Notes: a model not told the origin generated them from the sequence alone. A DNA stretch of 64,000 nucleotides from Thermoplasmata archaeon (GCA_022749815.1 JAKIWV010000005.1:23315-87314), one strand, 5' to 3'. Counted from the stretch's first letter, positions 9,176 through 19,759 are shown. Numbers and translations are program-made.

Positions 9176-9358
9176 CCCGCTTCCGCGAACCAGCCGTCGA
9201 CCGACCCTGAGCCGGCCGCTCGGAACGGGAGCCGAATGTTTACCACCTACGGCGGTCACTCGAATGTAACCGCCGAGGGTGCCCCGGGGGAATTCGGCCG
9301 GTCCCGAGACGAACTCGGCGGTCAAGCTTATGCTCCGCCGGCGATAGAACGTCGCGCC

Positions 9359-9685
9359 GTGGGGAGCTACAGCGTACGCCCGGCCGTACGGGCCGAGTTG
9401 ACCGTGGACCGTATCGTCGCCGCATGTGAGGCCGAGTTCGGTTTCGCCGAGCGGTCCGGAGACGCCGTCTCCAGCCGGTACGGAGCGATCGACTCGCTCG
9501 TTGTGCGCCCGGGAAAGGGCGAGTTGCTCGTCGAGCTGCGAATGAACCCGAAGGTGGCCAACGACGTCGCCGGCGAAACCGTCCGTCGGTACAACCGGTT
9601 CCTCGCGACGCTGACGGGGTACACGGCGAAGGAACGGGCCAAGAAGGCCCAGAAGGCGGCGAAAGCGGCCGCGCCGGCAGGGTAG
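9359..9685 (+). CDS. conserved archaeal protein (DUF5611-like)
   Basis: YGAI, RRYNRFL..LTGYTAKERAKK C-terminal motif; probable GTG start. Confidence 0.7.
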   Translation: MGSYSVRPAVRAELTVDRIVAACEAEFGFAERSGDAVSSRYGAIDSLVVRPGKGELLVELRMNPKVANDVAGETVRRYNRFLATLTGYTAKERAKKAQKAAKAAAPAG

Positions 9686-9687
9686 TC

Positions 9688-11262
9688 GTGGCCACGCCCC
9701 TTCCCGCACCGCCGGGCCCGGAGATCGACTGGCTCCGGGCGGAGGTGTCCCGCTACTTTCCCGTCTACGAGGTCCGGATCACGCCGGTGTCCCTCGTCTT
9801 GTTGGTCCACGCGGATGCCACGACCCTCGAGGAAAGGTTCGACGGGCTGCGTCGGGATCTATGGCCCAAATTCTACGTCCCCCAACTACGGTACGTTCAA
9901 GGAGAATACACCCTCGAGATAGTTCGGCGAACCGTTCGGCGCAGCTCGGGGTTCTGGGTCAACCTGGCCCTCCTCGCGGCCACCGTCGTTTCCACCGCAT
10001 TCGCGGGCTCATTTCTCTGGCTCTCCTACGTGGGCAGCGCTACGTTGGTCCCGGCGGACTTCCTGTGGGGTGGACTCTACTTCGCCGCGCCCCTGCTGGC
10101 GATCCTCGGTCTCCACGAACTTGCCCATTACGTCGTGGCGCGGCACCATCACGTGGAGGCCTCGCTCCCCTTCTTTCTCCCGGTCCCGCCGCCCTACCTG
10201 ATCTTCGGCACATTCGGCGCCTTCATCAGTCTCCGCGAGCCAATCCCCTCGCGGAAGGTCCTCTTCGACATCGGCGCCTCGGGGCCCCTGGCCGGGTTCC
10301 TAGTGGCGATCCCGGTCACGATCGCGGGGATGTTCCTGAGCCTCCACGCGCCGGTGCTGCCCCTCACCAACTGTGGCCCCACGATCCTGGGGGTGAACTA
10401 CGGCAACCTGCTGGTCGGACTCCCTCTCGCCTGGCAGCTCCTCGCCCTCTTCGTTCCCAACGCCGCGGCGATCGTGAGCCTTCATCCCCTCGCATTGGCC
10501 GGGTGGGTCGGCCTGTTGGTCACGTCCATCAACTTGCTTCCGGCCGGTCAGCTGGACGGGGGCCACGTCTTTCGGGCGCTCTTCGGCGACCGATCGCGCT
10601 ACGTGAGCTACGCGGCGGTGATCTTCCTCGCCCTCATCGGATTCGTTACGCTGTACCTCGGATGGCTGCTCTTCGCCGTGTTGATCATCCTCCTGGGCGT
10701 TCGCCATCCGCCCCCCCTCAACGACGTGAGTCCACTCGGTGGGCGACGCGCCCTCGTCGGTGCGCTCGTCGTGGCGGTGCTCGTCGGGGGATTCGTACTC
10801 GTCCCCATCTCCACGCCCGGCGATAGCTTCTCCCTCGAGAAGCTGACGGCCTCGCACGTTTCTGGAACGGGGTTCGGGGTCGCCTCGGTGATCAACGTGA
10901 CGGTGGCGAACCACGATTCGGTAGTGCATGGCTACGGGGTCGCGGCCAACGTAACCCAGGTTACCCTCCAGAACACGTCGATCGGCGGCCCACTGTCGGG
11001 GCCAAGGCTGGCTGCCTTCCTCGCGAATTCTACATGGACCATTGTGCTCCCCGATGGGACCATCGTCACGGAGAAGGGCGTCGGGAAATGGGCGCTGCCG
11101 AGCAACGAGTTCCTCACGCTCGCCGCGCAGCACAACGGTACGCTGAGGATCACCTACACGAACACCCAGACCGCGACGGTGGACGTCAGCTTCACCGCTT
11201 CCCAGTTCTGTAACGCCTCCGGGGGCGGGCCGACCAAACCGCAGACCGTCTCCGTCTATTGA
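9688..11262 (+). CDS. site-2 protease (peptidase M50) with C-terminal extracytoplasmic beta domain
   Basis: HELAH, GTFGAFI, IGASGPLAG, NLLPAGQLDGGH; multiple TM helices. Confidence 0.93.
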   Translation: MATPLPAPPGPEIDWLRAEVSRYFPVYEVRITPVSLVLLVHADATTLEERFDGLRRDLWPKFYVPQLRYVQGEYTLEIVRRTVRRSSGFWVNLALLAATVVSTAFAGSFLWLSYVGSATLVPADFLWGGLYFAAPLLAILGLHELAHYVVARHHHVEASLPFFLPVPPPYLIFGTFGAFISLREPIPSRKVLFDIGASGPLAGFLVAIPVTIAGMFLSLHAPVLPLTNCGPTILGVNYGNLLVGLPLAWQLLALFVPNAAAIVSLHPLALAGWVGLLVTSINLLPAGQLDGGHVFRALFGDRSRYVSYAAVIFLALIGFVTLYLGWLLFAVLIILLGVRHPPPLNDVSPLGGRRALVGALVVAVLVGGFVLVPISTPGDSFSLEKLTASHVSGTGFGVASVINVTVANHDSVVHGYGVAANVTQVTLQNTSIGGPLSGPRLAAFLANSTWTIVLPDGTIVTEKGVGKWALPSNEFLTLAAQHNGTLRITYTNTQTATVDVSFTASQFCNASGGGPTKPQTVSVY

Positions 11263-12290
11263 GTCTCGGACGCGTTGCCGTCCCTCACGTACACCCGGAA
11301 CTCCCGGCTCAGACTCCGATGGACGCGCTGAAGGATCGCGAGCTCCTGTCGCGCGTCGAGGGACGGCAACTCGGTCCCTTCGGGAACGACGATCGCCAGT
11401 CGACCGCCGGAGCGGACCCGTGGGGCCCAGGCTTCGAGCGTCCGGCGCCACAGTCGGTCGGGCCGCTCGCCCCGGGTTCCGGAGGCACGCCCGTAGGGCG
11501 GGTCGGTGATGAGGGCATCGAAACTGCCGGCGGGAAACTCCACGGCCGCCTCCGCGGCGTCGGCCTGTCGGAGCGTTTCGGGGGTCTGCCCGAAGTGGGT
11601 GAAGTTTTCGAGGGCGCCGCGGACCATCGTCGCGCTCATGTCGATCCCGACGGTTCGCGCGCCGAGCAGCGCCGCTTCGAGTAAGAGTGACCCTGTGCCT
11701 ACGAACGGGTCGACCACGCGGTCGTGAACCCCCACATGAGCCAGATTGACGAGTGCTCGGGCCCAGGTCGGCGCGAGGGTGACCGGCCGCTGGAACGGGA
11801 GCCGGGGCGTCCGTCGTTCCGAGACGGCGGCGCGTCCAGCCACTCCAACCTCCTCGTAGAACTGAATCATGCTGGGAGACGCAGCTTCGAGCCAGAACCG
11901 CCGGTTCGGGTTACCGAGCGCGATCCGCCCGCCTCCTGAGACGTAGGCGTGCCCGAGTCGACGGACCAGTTCCGGAGGCCTCATGCTCGTACTCCCCGAC
12001 ACCCATTGAATGGCGGCCGACGTCCGGGACTCGCCGGCCTGTACGAGCCGGCCCTCCAGCTCCTCGATGCTCGCCTCCGGCCACGCCTCGGCGCAACGGT
12101 GAGCGAGCGCCAACCGGCCCGCGAGCTCGATGGCAGCCTCTCGGTCGGGGAGCTCGACCCAACCACGCCCGGCGGATTGGGCAGGCCCCAAGGATTCGGC
12201 CACCCGACCCCCGAGACGTTCTGCCGTCGCGACTAGCTCCGCGCGAGCGAGAGACCTATTCTCGCCGGACAGCCAGACCGTTACGATCAC
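11256..12290 (-). CDS. tRNA (guanine-10-N2) methyltransferase, Trm11/TrmG10-like
   Basis: LSGEN..LA.AE N-terminus, PFQRPVTL.P..ARALVNLA, DPFVGTG, TDPPYG, VHRSL.R; GTG start overlapping the upstream stop. Confidence 0.85.
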   Translation of the reverse strand: MIVTVWLSGENRSLARAELVATAERLGGRVAESLGPAQSAGRGWVELPDREAAIELAGRLALAHRCAEAWPEASIEELEGRLVQAGESRTSAAIQWVSGSTSMRPPELVRRLGHAYVSGGGRIALGNPNRRFWLEAASPSMIQFYEEVGVAGRAAVSERRTPRLPFQRPVTLAPTWARALVNLAHVGVHDRVVDPFVGTGSLLLEAALLGARTVGIDMSATMVRGALENFTHFGQTPETLRQADAAEAAVEFPAGSFDALITDPPYGRASGTRGERPDRLWRRTLEAWAPRVRSGGRLAIVVPEGTELPSLDARQELAILQRVHRSLSREFRVYVRDGNASETQ

Positions 12291-12769
12291 AGGCTCGCGG
12301 GCTCCGACCGGTGCCAGCGAGTCAGCCGGGTTCGCACGGACCTGGTGTGGTAGCCCTCCCAGTAGAGATGGCCGCAGAGGGAGCAGGCATACACCGCCGT
12401 TCCTCCCGAGAGCACATCGGCGGGCAAGGTCTCGCGGTCCGCGTTGGGTGGAACGGCGGACAGTGGCGTGAGGGAACCATTGCACAGCGAGCAACGTTCG
12501 AACCGAACTTCCTGGCGGAGTGTCGGAAACGCGGCCCCGAGCTCCTCCATTTGACCGCCGATATCGGTCCGGGTGAGGAGGATCGAGTCGGGCAGGCGAA
12601 CGGCAAGGCCCCGGTCTCGGGTCAGCACCCGCCGGCCTTCTTCCTTCGCTCGAAACACGATGGCGTCATCGGTCGCGCCGTGGGCGTACTCGGTGTCGTA
12701 CCCGAGGAAGCGAAGATACCGGGCGAGCCGGCCGAGCATCTCGTCGACCAACCACCGGGGCTCGCTCAT
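12287..12769 (-). CDS. Mut7-C RNase domain protein
   Basis: VDEMLGRLARYLRFLGYD, LTRD, RC..CNG, C..CG..YWEG.H. Confidence 0.93.
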   Translation of the reverse strand: MSEPRWLVDEMLGRLARYLRFLGYDTEYAHGATDDAIVFRAKEEGRRVLTRDRGLAVRLPDSILLTRTDIGGQMEELGAAFPTLRQEVRFERCSLCNGSLTPLSAVPPNADRETLPADVLSGGTAVYACSLCGHLYWEGYHTRSVRTRLTRWHRSEPASL

Positions 12770-12856
12770 CCCCTAGGAAGCGGGCCGAGTCGATAAACCG
12801 CTTTTCCAAGGGCCCCCGACGCAGGAATTATCTGTCCGGCTCCCCACCCGGAGTTC

Positions 12857-14242
12857 GTGCGTCTCTTCGGTACGAACGGGATCCGGGAAGTCGTCGGCGA
12901 GCGGATGACCGCCCCGTTCGTCACCTCGATCGCGGCGGCGATCGGCCGTGCCTACCCTGTGGGGGTCCCCGTCGCCGTCGGCTGGGACGGGCGAACCTCG
13001 AGCCCGGCGTTCGCCCGGTTGGTCTCCGGCACGCTCGCGGCGGCGGGTCACTCGGTCGTCGAGCTTGGGTTGCTGCCCACGCCGGCGATCCAGTACAGCC
13101 TGCGTTCCGTGGGCGCCCAGCTCGGAGTGGTCATCACCGCCTCGCACAATCCCCCGGAGTACAACGGGATCAAGTGCATCGGAGCCGACGGACTCGAACT
13201 CCCCCGCATCGACGAGGAGCGCATCGAGGCCGCCGTAGATGCCGGCGAGGGGCGGAGTGTCTCCTACGATCGAGTCGGTGAGATTCGCTCGGACGACCAT
13301 GGGGCCGAACGATACCTGCACGGCATTCTCTCGATGGTACGCCGCGACGCGATCATCCAGAAACACTTCCGCGTACTCCTCGACTGCGGCAACGGCGCGT
13401 CGGCGCAGACGAGCCCCTCCCTCCTCCGGCGCTTGGGATGCCGCTTCACGACGCTCAATGGCCAGGTCGACGGGACCTTCCCGGGCCATTTGTCAGAACC
13501 CACCGAGCAGAACCTGCAAGAGCTGGTCCGCTCAGTTCCCGCTCTCGCCGTGGAATTCGGAGTGGCGCACGACGGCGACGCGGACCGCGCGGTCTTCGTC
13601 GACGGGCGAGGGCACTACGTGCCTGGCGAGCGGATCCTCACCTGGTTCGCTCGAGAGTACGTGCGGCGGCACCGGGGGGGATTGGTCGTGATCCCAGTGA
13701 CCGCCTCCCAGAGCGTGGAGGAGGTCGTCGAGGCCGAGGGGGGCCATGTGCTGTACACTCGTGTGGGCTCTCCATCGATAACGCACGCCATGCAAGAACG
13801 AGGGGCCGTGTTCGGTGGAGAGGACAACGGCGGGTACGTCTTCCCCCAATTCCAACTCGCTCGTGACGGAGCGATGACGCTCGCTGCCGCCCTCGACCTC
13901 CTGACCCAGCTAGGGACTACGCTCGAAGAAGCGTTGCGGGATCTCCCGCAGTACCACGTCTCGAAGGAGAAAGTCCCCTGCCCCGTGGCGCTTCGAGACG
14001 AGGTCATGGCTCGTCTGACCGTGGAGCTCGGTCAGGGGGCCGAGCGCGTCGTCACCCTCGATGGGATCAAAGTGTATCAAGGCCGTGGATGGGTGCTCGT
14101 TCGGCCCTCCGGCACCGAAGCGTTCTTCCGGATTTTCTCCGAGGACCGCGACCCGGACGCTGCTCGACGACGCGCGACGGGGCTGGTCGCCCGCGTCACG
14201 TCGATCGTGGCGGAGCTCGAGGGGCCGGCGGGCCGGTCCTGA
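12857..14242 (+). CDS. glmM: phosphoglucosamine mutase / phosphomannomutase family
   Basis: FGTNGIR, TASHNP, DGDADR, VRPSGTE. Confidence 0.85.
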   Translation: MRLFGTNGIREVVGERMTAPFVTSIAAAIGRAYPVGVPVAVGWDGRTSSPAFARLVSGTLAAAGHSVVELGLLPTPAIQYSLRSVGAQLGVVITASHNPPEYNGIKCIGADGLELPRIDEERIEAAVDAGEGRSVSYDRVGEIRSDDHGAERYLHGILSMVRRDAIIQKHFRVLLDCGNGASAQTSPSLLRRLGCRFTTLNGQVDGTFPGHLSEPTEQNLQELVRSVPALAVEFGVAHDGDADRAVFVDGRGHYVPGERILTWFAREYVRRHRGGLVVIPVTASQSVEEVVEAEGGHVLYTRVGSPSITHAMQERGAVFGGEDNGGYVFPQFQLARDGAMTLAAALDLLTQLGTTLEEALRDLPQYHVSKEKVPCPVALRDEVMARLTVELGQGAERVVTLDGIKVYQGRGWVLVRPSGTEAFFRIFSEDRDPDAARRRATGLVARVTSIVAELEGPAGRS

Positions 14243-14304
14243 GCCCCATCTTTCGTGGGAATCCCAAAGGGTTAATCGGCCGACGCCGTCCCGCCCTGCG
14301 GCGC

Positions 14305-15267
14305 ATGGGGGACCAGGATCTTTCGGCGGAGCTGTCGAACCAGGGGTACCAGCTCGTCGGCCGCCACAGCGCCGTCAAAACATGCTACTGGACCCGACAG
14401 TCGTTGCTGAACGGACGCGATTGTTACAAGGGAAAGTTCTACGGGATCCAGAGCCACCGCTGCGTGCAGATGTCCCCCGCCATCGATTCGTGCAATCTCC
14501 ACTGCCGGTTCTGTTGGCGGAACCAGGGGTGGGAGAACGACGAATCGATGCCCGAGTACGACGACCCAGAAACCCTGCTCGACAAGTCGATCGAGGCCCA
14601 GCAACGGGCCATCTCGGGGTTCAAAGGCGACGCCGACGTGGCAGAGGCCCGGTGGGAGGAGGCCCGACAGCCGCGGCACATCGCCATTTCGCTCACGGGC
14701 GAGCCGACGCTCTACCCGAAGATGAACCGGTTCCTCGAGCTCTGCCACGAGCGGGGCATCACGACGTTTCTAGTCACGAACGGGACGAATCCGGACGCGC
14801 TCCGGCACTTGGACCCGCTGCCGACGCAGCTCTACGTATCGGTCACTGCGCCCAACGCGGCAGTGTTCCGGCGTCTCACGCTGCCGGCCCAGGCGGACGC
14901 CTGGCAGCGTCTCGGGGAGTCGCTCCAGATCGTTCGCGGACTTCGGACGCGGCGAGTGATCCGTCACACGCTGGTCCAAGGGTGGAACCTGGGCTGGGAA
15001 GACCAGTACGCCGAGCTCGACCTGATGGCCCGACCGGACTTCATCGAGCCGAAGGGGTACGTGTACATGGGCAAGTCGCGGCAACGGCTCTCCTGGGCGC
15101 ACGTGCCGACCCACGAGGCGATCCGAGCGTTCGCGCGCCGGCTGGCGGCCCGCGTCGACTACCGTTTCCTGGATGAATCGCCGGAGTCAAAGGTCGTGTT
15201 GCTCGGCCTGCGGGAGGAGGGACAGTTCCTCCCCGGACTCGGCCCACTCTCCTCCGCCGCCGGCTGA
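14305..15267 (+). CDS. taw1: 4-demethylwyosine synthase (radical SAM)
   Basis: HSAVKTCYWT, CYKGKFYGIQSHRC, CNLHCRFCWR, AISLTGEPTLY. Confidence 0.95.
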   Translation: MGDQDLSAELSNQGYQLVGRHSAVKTCYWTRQSLLNGRDCYKGKFYGIQSHRCVQMSPAIDSCNLHCRFCWRNQGWENDESMPEYDDPETLLDKSIEAQQRAISGFKGDADVAEARWEEARQPRHIAISLTGEPTLYPKMNRFLELCHERGITTFLVTNGTNPDALRHLDPLPTQLYVSVTAPNAAVFRRLTLPAQADAWQRLGESLQIVRGLRTRRVIRHTLVQGWNLGWEDQYAELDLMARPDFIEPKGYVYMGKSRQRLSWAHVPTHEAIRAFARRLAARVDYRFLDESPESKVVLLGLREEGQFLPGLGPLSSAAG

Positions 15268-15291
15268 ACCGCGACGGCGGTGCGCCTGCGG

Positions 15292-15456
15292 TCAGCCGAA
15301 CTTCCAGTTGAGAACTTCCACGAGAATGGCCGCGCTGACCCCGAGGATGAGGACGATGTACGGATCGATCTTGAGCGCCCGGGTCTCCTCCATGTCGTAG
15401 TATTGGATGAGGCCGGCGGCGGAACTGAACGCGCGCTGGCGGCCTTCGGGGGGCAT
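15292..15456 (-). CDS. secG: preprotein translocase subunit Sec61-beta/SecG
   Basis: Manual translation MPPEGRQRAFSSAAGLIQYYDMEETRALKIDPYIVLILGVSAAILVEVLNWKFG*; AGLI.Y.D.E....KIDP plus one TM signature; absent from ORF track. Confidence 0.9.
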   Translation of the reverse strand: MPPEGRQRAFSSAAGLIQYYDMEETRALKIDPYIVLILGVSAAILVEVLNWKFG

Positions 15457-15514
15457 CGAGCGGTTGAGGGCGCGGACCGATATTTAACCCCAATGGGCGG
15501 GCGACGGCTCGAGC

Positions 15515-16300
15515 CTAGCGGCCGTAGAGCGAGTTAAACGCTAGGTCCTCGACCGCCTCTTGTATCCCTTCGCGGAGTCGATTCCCGAGGAGGCTGGACC
15601 CGCCGGAGAAGAAACGCTCCATGAACGGTCTCGGCGGTGCGACCCGCACGGTGCGCTGGACCGGGACGCCCGTCGACTGCGCGAGTTCCTGGAGCGCAGC
15701 CTCACGGTCTCCGAGGGCGTCGATAAGCCCTAGCTCGAGGGCCCGTCGGCCCGACCAGAACTCTCCCGTGGCGAGCGGCAGGATCTGCTCGATCGGGCGG
15801 TGACGTTCTCGGGCGACCGTCTCCACGAAGCCCCGATAGCTGTCAGCGATCACGGCCTGGAGCTTGGTGCGTTCCTCGTCGGTCAGGTCCCGGAAACCCT
15901 GGTAGGCGTCCTTGTGCCTGCCTTCGTGCAGGAGCTCGAGATGAATTCCGAGCTTGTCTAGGAGCTCTCGGACCGCCACGTGGGGAGCCACCACCCCAAT
16001 CGACCCGACGACCGACTCAGGATACGCGTAGATCTTTCGTGCCCCGAGGGCCGCCATATACGCGCCGGAGGCGCCGACGGAACCGATCGACGCGACGACC
16101 GGCTTGGTGGCATTGAGGCGCTTCACCGCCAGATAGAAGTCCTGCGATGGGATGTCGGCGCCGCCTCCGCTCGAGATATCGAGCAACACACCACGAACCC
16201 GGCGCTTCGTCTGGAGTGCCTTGAGGATCCGAACGTAGGGCTCGACCGACCGCTCGCGGATCGTTCCGCGGAATTGTAGGTGCGCGAGGAGAGGCCGCAT
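15515..16300 (-). CDS. sppA: signal peptide peptidase SppA (S49)
   Basis: SGGG, KPVVAS, ASGAYMAA, GSIGV, G..W.G..A...GLID. Confidence 0.92.
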   Translation of the reverse strand: MRPLLAHLQFRGTIRERSVEPYVRILKALQTKRRVRGVLLDISSGGGADIPSQDFYLAVKRLNATKPVVASIGSVGASGAYMAALGARKIYAYPESVVGSIGVVAPHVAVRELLDKLGIHLELLHEGRHKDAYQGFRDLTDEERTKLQAVIADSYRGFVETVARERHRPIEQILPLATGEFWSGRRALELGLIDALGDREAALQELAQSTGVPVQRTVRVAPPRPFMERFFSGGSSLLGNRLREGIQEAVEDLAFNSLYGR

Positions 16301-16411
16301 GCAGGGAACCGGAGCGGACAGAGGCCCGTCGCGGATATATCGTGCATCTATCGGGAGATTCACCGCCGACAAACCCTAAGTGCGCAGTCCGGTCCGGGTC
16401 CGACTACTCGC

Positions 16412-17395
16412 ATGCCGGCGGAAGAACGGGACACGGTCTGGGTCGAGAAGTACCGGCCTCGGAGCCTCGCTGATATGGTGGGCCAAGAGACCATCGTGCC
16501 CGTGCTGCGGGCGTATGCCCAGAAGCGGTCGATGCCCCACTTGCTCCTGGCCGGGCCCCCGGGGACGGGAAAGACCACCGCCGCGATCGCGTTGGCCCGC
16601 GACCTCTTCGGATCGGAGTGGCGCCAGAACTTCCTCGAGTTGAACGCCTCCGACGAACGCGGGATCGACACGGTACGGACAACAATCAAGAGCTATGCCC
16701 GCAGCGCTCCGATCGGTGGGACGGGATTCAAGATCCTGTTCCTGGACGAAGCCGACAACCTGACGGCCGAGGCGCAGGCTTCGCTACGGAGGCTCATGGA
16801 GAGGTACTCCGCCGCGTGCCGGTTCATCCTGTCGTGCAACTATTCCTCCCGGATCATCGAGCCGATCCAGTCCCGTTGCGCGGTGTTCCGGTTCCGGATC
16901 TACTCTCCGGACCAGATCCAGGAACAGCTGCGGAGGATCGCTACAGCGGAGAAGCGCGACGTTTCCGCCGACGCTTTCAAGGCGATCATTGAGGCGAGCG
17001 ACGGGGACCTTCGACGTGCGATCAATCTCCTCCAGCTGGCCGCGACGTTTCGCGAGAAGGTCGATATCGCCGCGATCAAAGACGTGGTCACCGCTCCGAT
17101 GCGGGACGAGGTCGAGGCCATCTTCGGGACCGCTCTCGCGGGCGACTTCCTCGCTGCGCGGGAGCAGCTGTTCCGTCTCTTCGTCGAGCGCGGGGCCAGC
17201 GGGGAGGACATCCTGCGGTCGTTGCACAGCTACGTCGTCGGTGAACCGGGACCCCCGATCCCCCCTGCAGAGAAGATCCAACTGATCCAGCACCTCGCCG
17301 ACGTCGACTTCCGTCTCGCCCAGGGGGCTACGGACCGGATCCAGCTCGAATCGATCCTCGCGCGAATCGCGACGCTCAAGGCGCGGGGCCCGTGA
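16412..17395 (+). CDS. rfcS: replication factor C small subunit
   Basis: WVEKYRP, GPPGTGKT, ELNASDERGID, LDEAD, QSRC; no intein visible. Confidence 0.96.
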   Translation: MPAEERDTVWVEKYRPRSLADMVGQETIVPVLRAYAQKRSMPHLLLAGPPGTGKTTAAIALARDLFGSEWRQNFLELNASDERGIDTVRTTIKSYARSAPIGGTGFKILFLDEADNLTAEAQASLRRLMERYSAACRFILSCNYSSRIIEPIQSRCAVFRFRIYSPDQIQEQLRRIATAEKRDVSADAFKAIIEASDGDLRRAINLLQLAATFREKVDIAAIKDVVTAPMRDEVEAIFGTALAGDFLAAREQLFRLFVERGASGEDILRSLHSYVVGEPGPPIPPAEKIQLIQHLADVDFRLAQGATDRIQLESILARIATLKARGP

Positions 17396-17399
17396 GCCG

Positions 17400-17855
17400 A
17401 TGACTGCTCAGCGGAGGGTTCACCGAAAGCCGATCGTCTACCGGCGGGCGCTGGTCGAAGGTGCGCTGACCCTCACCGAGCGCAGTCGAACCGCGATCCG
17501 CTCGGGAAAGGTCGAGAAGGGCGACCCGCTGGCCGCCGGCGAGTTGGCGGGCCTGATGGCGATGCGCAGAACCGCCGAGTTGATCCCCCACTGCCATTCC
17601 ATCCCACTGACCGGTAGCCGAGTCGTCCTCCGCTCGAGCCGATCGGGGGTCCGGGTGGAGGCCGAAGCGGAGGCGCTGTGGCGGACGGGCGTAGAGATGG
17701 AGGCGCTCGTGGGCGCTTCGGTGGCGCTGCTCACGGTATGGGACATGGTCAAGTACCTGGAGAAAAATCGCGCTGGGACCTATCCCGGGACCCGGCTCGG
17801 TCCGATCCGAGTCGTGTCCCGAGAGAAACGCGCTTTGGCACGGGGAATGAAATGA
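17400..17855 (+). CDS. moaC: cyclic pyranopterin monophosphate synthase
   Basis: KGDPL, LIPHCH, TGVEMEAL, WDMVK. Confidence 0.95.
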   Translation: MTAQRRVHRKPIVYRRALVEGALTLTERSRTAIRSGKVEKGDPLAAGELAGLMAMRRTAELIPHCHSIPLTGSRVVLRSSRSGVRVEAEAEALWRTGVEMEALVGASVALLTVWDMVKYLEKNRAGTYPGTRLGPIRVVSREKRALARGMK

Positions 17856-18370
17856 CCGAGAATCCGTCGGCGCTAGGACGTCACCATCTCGGGGGCGATC
17901 GGTCGATCGGCTTCGCTGTCCTGAGTGTGTCGGACACCCACACGCCCGACGACGATCCGTCGGGGCATCTGGCGCGCGATCTGCTCGCCCAGGCTGGCCA
18001 CAAGGTGCTTCACTACGACATGGTCGCGAACAGCGTCGCAGACGTGCGCGACCGGCTCGACCCGATCCTTCGCGAGATCCCTGTCGAAGCGGCGGTGACC
18101 GTGGGGGGCACGGGCGTCAGCTCCCGGGACCTAACCGTCACCGCGCTTGAGGCGATGGGGGGCCGCCGGCTCGAGGGGTTTGGGGATCTCTACCGGACTC
18201 TCAGCTACCAGGAGGTTGGCCCTCTCGCGATGTTGAGCCGGGCCTCTTTGTTCCTGGTCCGGGACAAGCCCGTCTTTGCTCTCCCCGGCTCCGAACGCGC
18301 CGTACGGACGGCGCTCGAGAAGCTCGTGCTCCCCGCCGTGCAGCACCTGATCGAAGAGCTGGAGCGGTAG
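17852..18370 (+). CDS. moaB: molybdenum cofactor biosynthesis protein B
   Basis: VSDT, D.SG, GGTGVSSRD.T, GFG, LSRA, LPGS; ATGA overlap with moaC. Confidence 0.9.
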   Translation: MTENPSALGRHHLGGDRSIGFAVLSVSDTHTPDDDPSGHLARDLLAQAGHKVLHYDMVANSVADVRDRLDPILREIPVEAAVTVGGTGVSSRDLTVTALEAMGGRRLEGFGDLYRTLSYQEVGPLAMLSRASLFLVRDKPVFALPGSERAVRTALEKLVLPAVQHLIEELER

Positions 18371-18384
18371 CGCGTGGACCCGGC

Positions 18385-19188
18385 CTACCGGGCAGGCCCG
18401 GGGGCCATACCGACTGCCCCAAGACGCGGGGGCCCGGGGTCGAGAATTTGCTCGGCGACTCCCTGGGCGCGGCAGAACTCCGACCACGCGGGATTGGCAT
18501 CGACGTGGTGAGCGAGCAGGATACCGCGGGGGGAGAGCGCCCCCCAGGCCGAGTGGAGCTCGAACCGGGCGCGCGTCACATCGGGACCATTGTCGTACAG
18601 GAAGAGGTCTACGGGCCGGTGCTCAGCCAGAAGCGTCCGAAGATTGGCCTCGGTGTTGCCCAGCACGAGGGTCCAACGGCCCCGGAGCGCCGGGGGTACA
18701 AACTGTCCGACGGTCACGTCGCGAACGCTCTGACTCCGATGCCCCGCGGGTCCAGGTCCGAGGGAGTGTAGCGTCCCCTCGCCGTTCGCCTCGAGCGCGG
18801 CGAGTATCCAGGCTGTGGTATAGCCGGGGCGCACGCCCGTCTCGATCACGGTTTTCGGCCGTTGACCTCGGACCAGCAGGTACAGCAACCCCGCTTGAGG
18901 AAACTCGAGCGTGAACGGAAAGCCGGCCCCACGTTGGATCAGGGTGTCGGGGAGTGTGCTGCTGGTCACTTCCCGCCGAAAGCCGCGGATCTCGGACTCC
19001 GGACGCCCGGCCAACACCGCGAGACGGTCCACCGACGCCTGGCGGAACCGAACCATGCGCTGACGGAGGGCCCGCCGGGTCGCGGGACGGAGAAGTACCG
19101 GGGGACGGGTCCGGAAGGTGGGAGGCAGGGTGAGCGGAGACGGTTCCACTGACAGGGAACCCGCCGATGGAGGGTAGGCCGGTTCCAT
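18385..19188 (-). CDS. class I SAM-dependent methyltransferase (Methyltransf_24-like)
   Basis: P.TVIETGV..GYTTAWIL.AL..N..G.L.S; DLFLYD; L...G.L. Confidence 0.8.
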   Translation of the reverse strand: MEPAYPPSAGSLSVEPSPLTLPPTFRTRPPVLLRPATRRALRQRMVRFRQASVDRLAVLAGRPESEIRGFRREVTSSTLPDTLIQRGAGFPFTLEFPQAGLLYLLVRGQRPKTVIETGVRPGYTTAWILAALEANGEGTLHSLGPGPAGHRSQSVRDVTVGQFVPPALRGRWTLVLGNTEANLRTLLAEHRPVDLFLYDNGPDVTRARFELHSAWGALSPRGILLAHHVDANPAWSEFCRAQGVAEQILDPGPPRLGAVGMAPGPAR

Positions 19189-19351
19189 CGTTTCACGGAA
19201 AGATTCGCCCCTACTTTATTCATCCGGCGAGGAGTAGAATCCGTGCCCGGGCGCCCGCCAGTCCGCGGTCAGGCTTCGAGTTACGGCAGTTCCACGACAA
19301 CCGTTTAAAGACCCGAGGGCTCGTTGGCTCATCCCTCGGGAGGAAATCGAA

Positions 19352-19669
19352 ATGTCAGTCTCCACACTCGACAGCGCGAACTTCGATAAATTCACCCAGC
19401 AAAACACCGCGGCGGTCATCGACATCTGGGCCCCCTGGTGCGGGCCGTGCCGGATGGTCTCCCCGATCGTCGATCGGTTGTCGGAGAAGTACCAGGGCAA
19501 GGTCGCTTTCGGGAAGCTGAACTCGGACGACAATTCCGACAAAGCCGGCGCCCTCGGGATCATGAGCATCCCAACCATCCTGTTCTACAAGCAGGGAAAG
19601 CTGGTCGACCGTATCGTCGGCGCGTACCCCGAAGACACGATCTCCGAACACGTCCAGCAGCTGCTCTGA
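19352..19669 (+). CDS. trxA: thioredoxin
   Basis: WAPWCGPC, SIPT. Confidence 0.96.
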   Translation: MSVSTLDSANFDKFTQQNTAAVIDIWAPWCGPCRMVSPIVDRLSEKYQGKVAFGKLNSDDNSDKAGALGIMSIPTILFYKQGKLVDRIVGAYPEDTISEHVQQLL

Positions 19670-19759
19670 CTGCGCAGCGCCAGGACGGGCGCCCCCCCGT
19701 CGACGCCCGCGCAGATCGTCGCTCGCCCGAGTTCTTCCAGCACACGATTGGAGGCCTGA

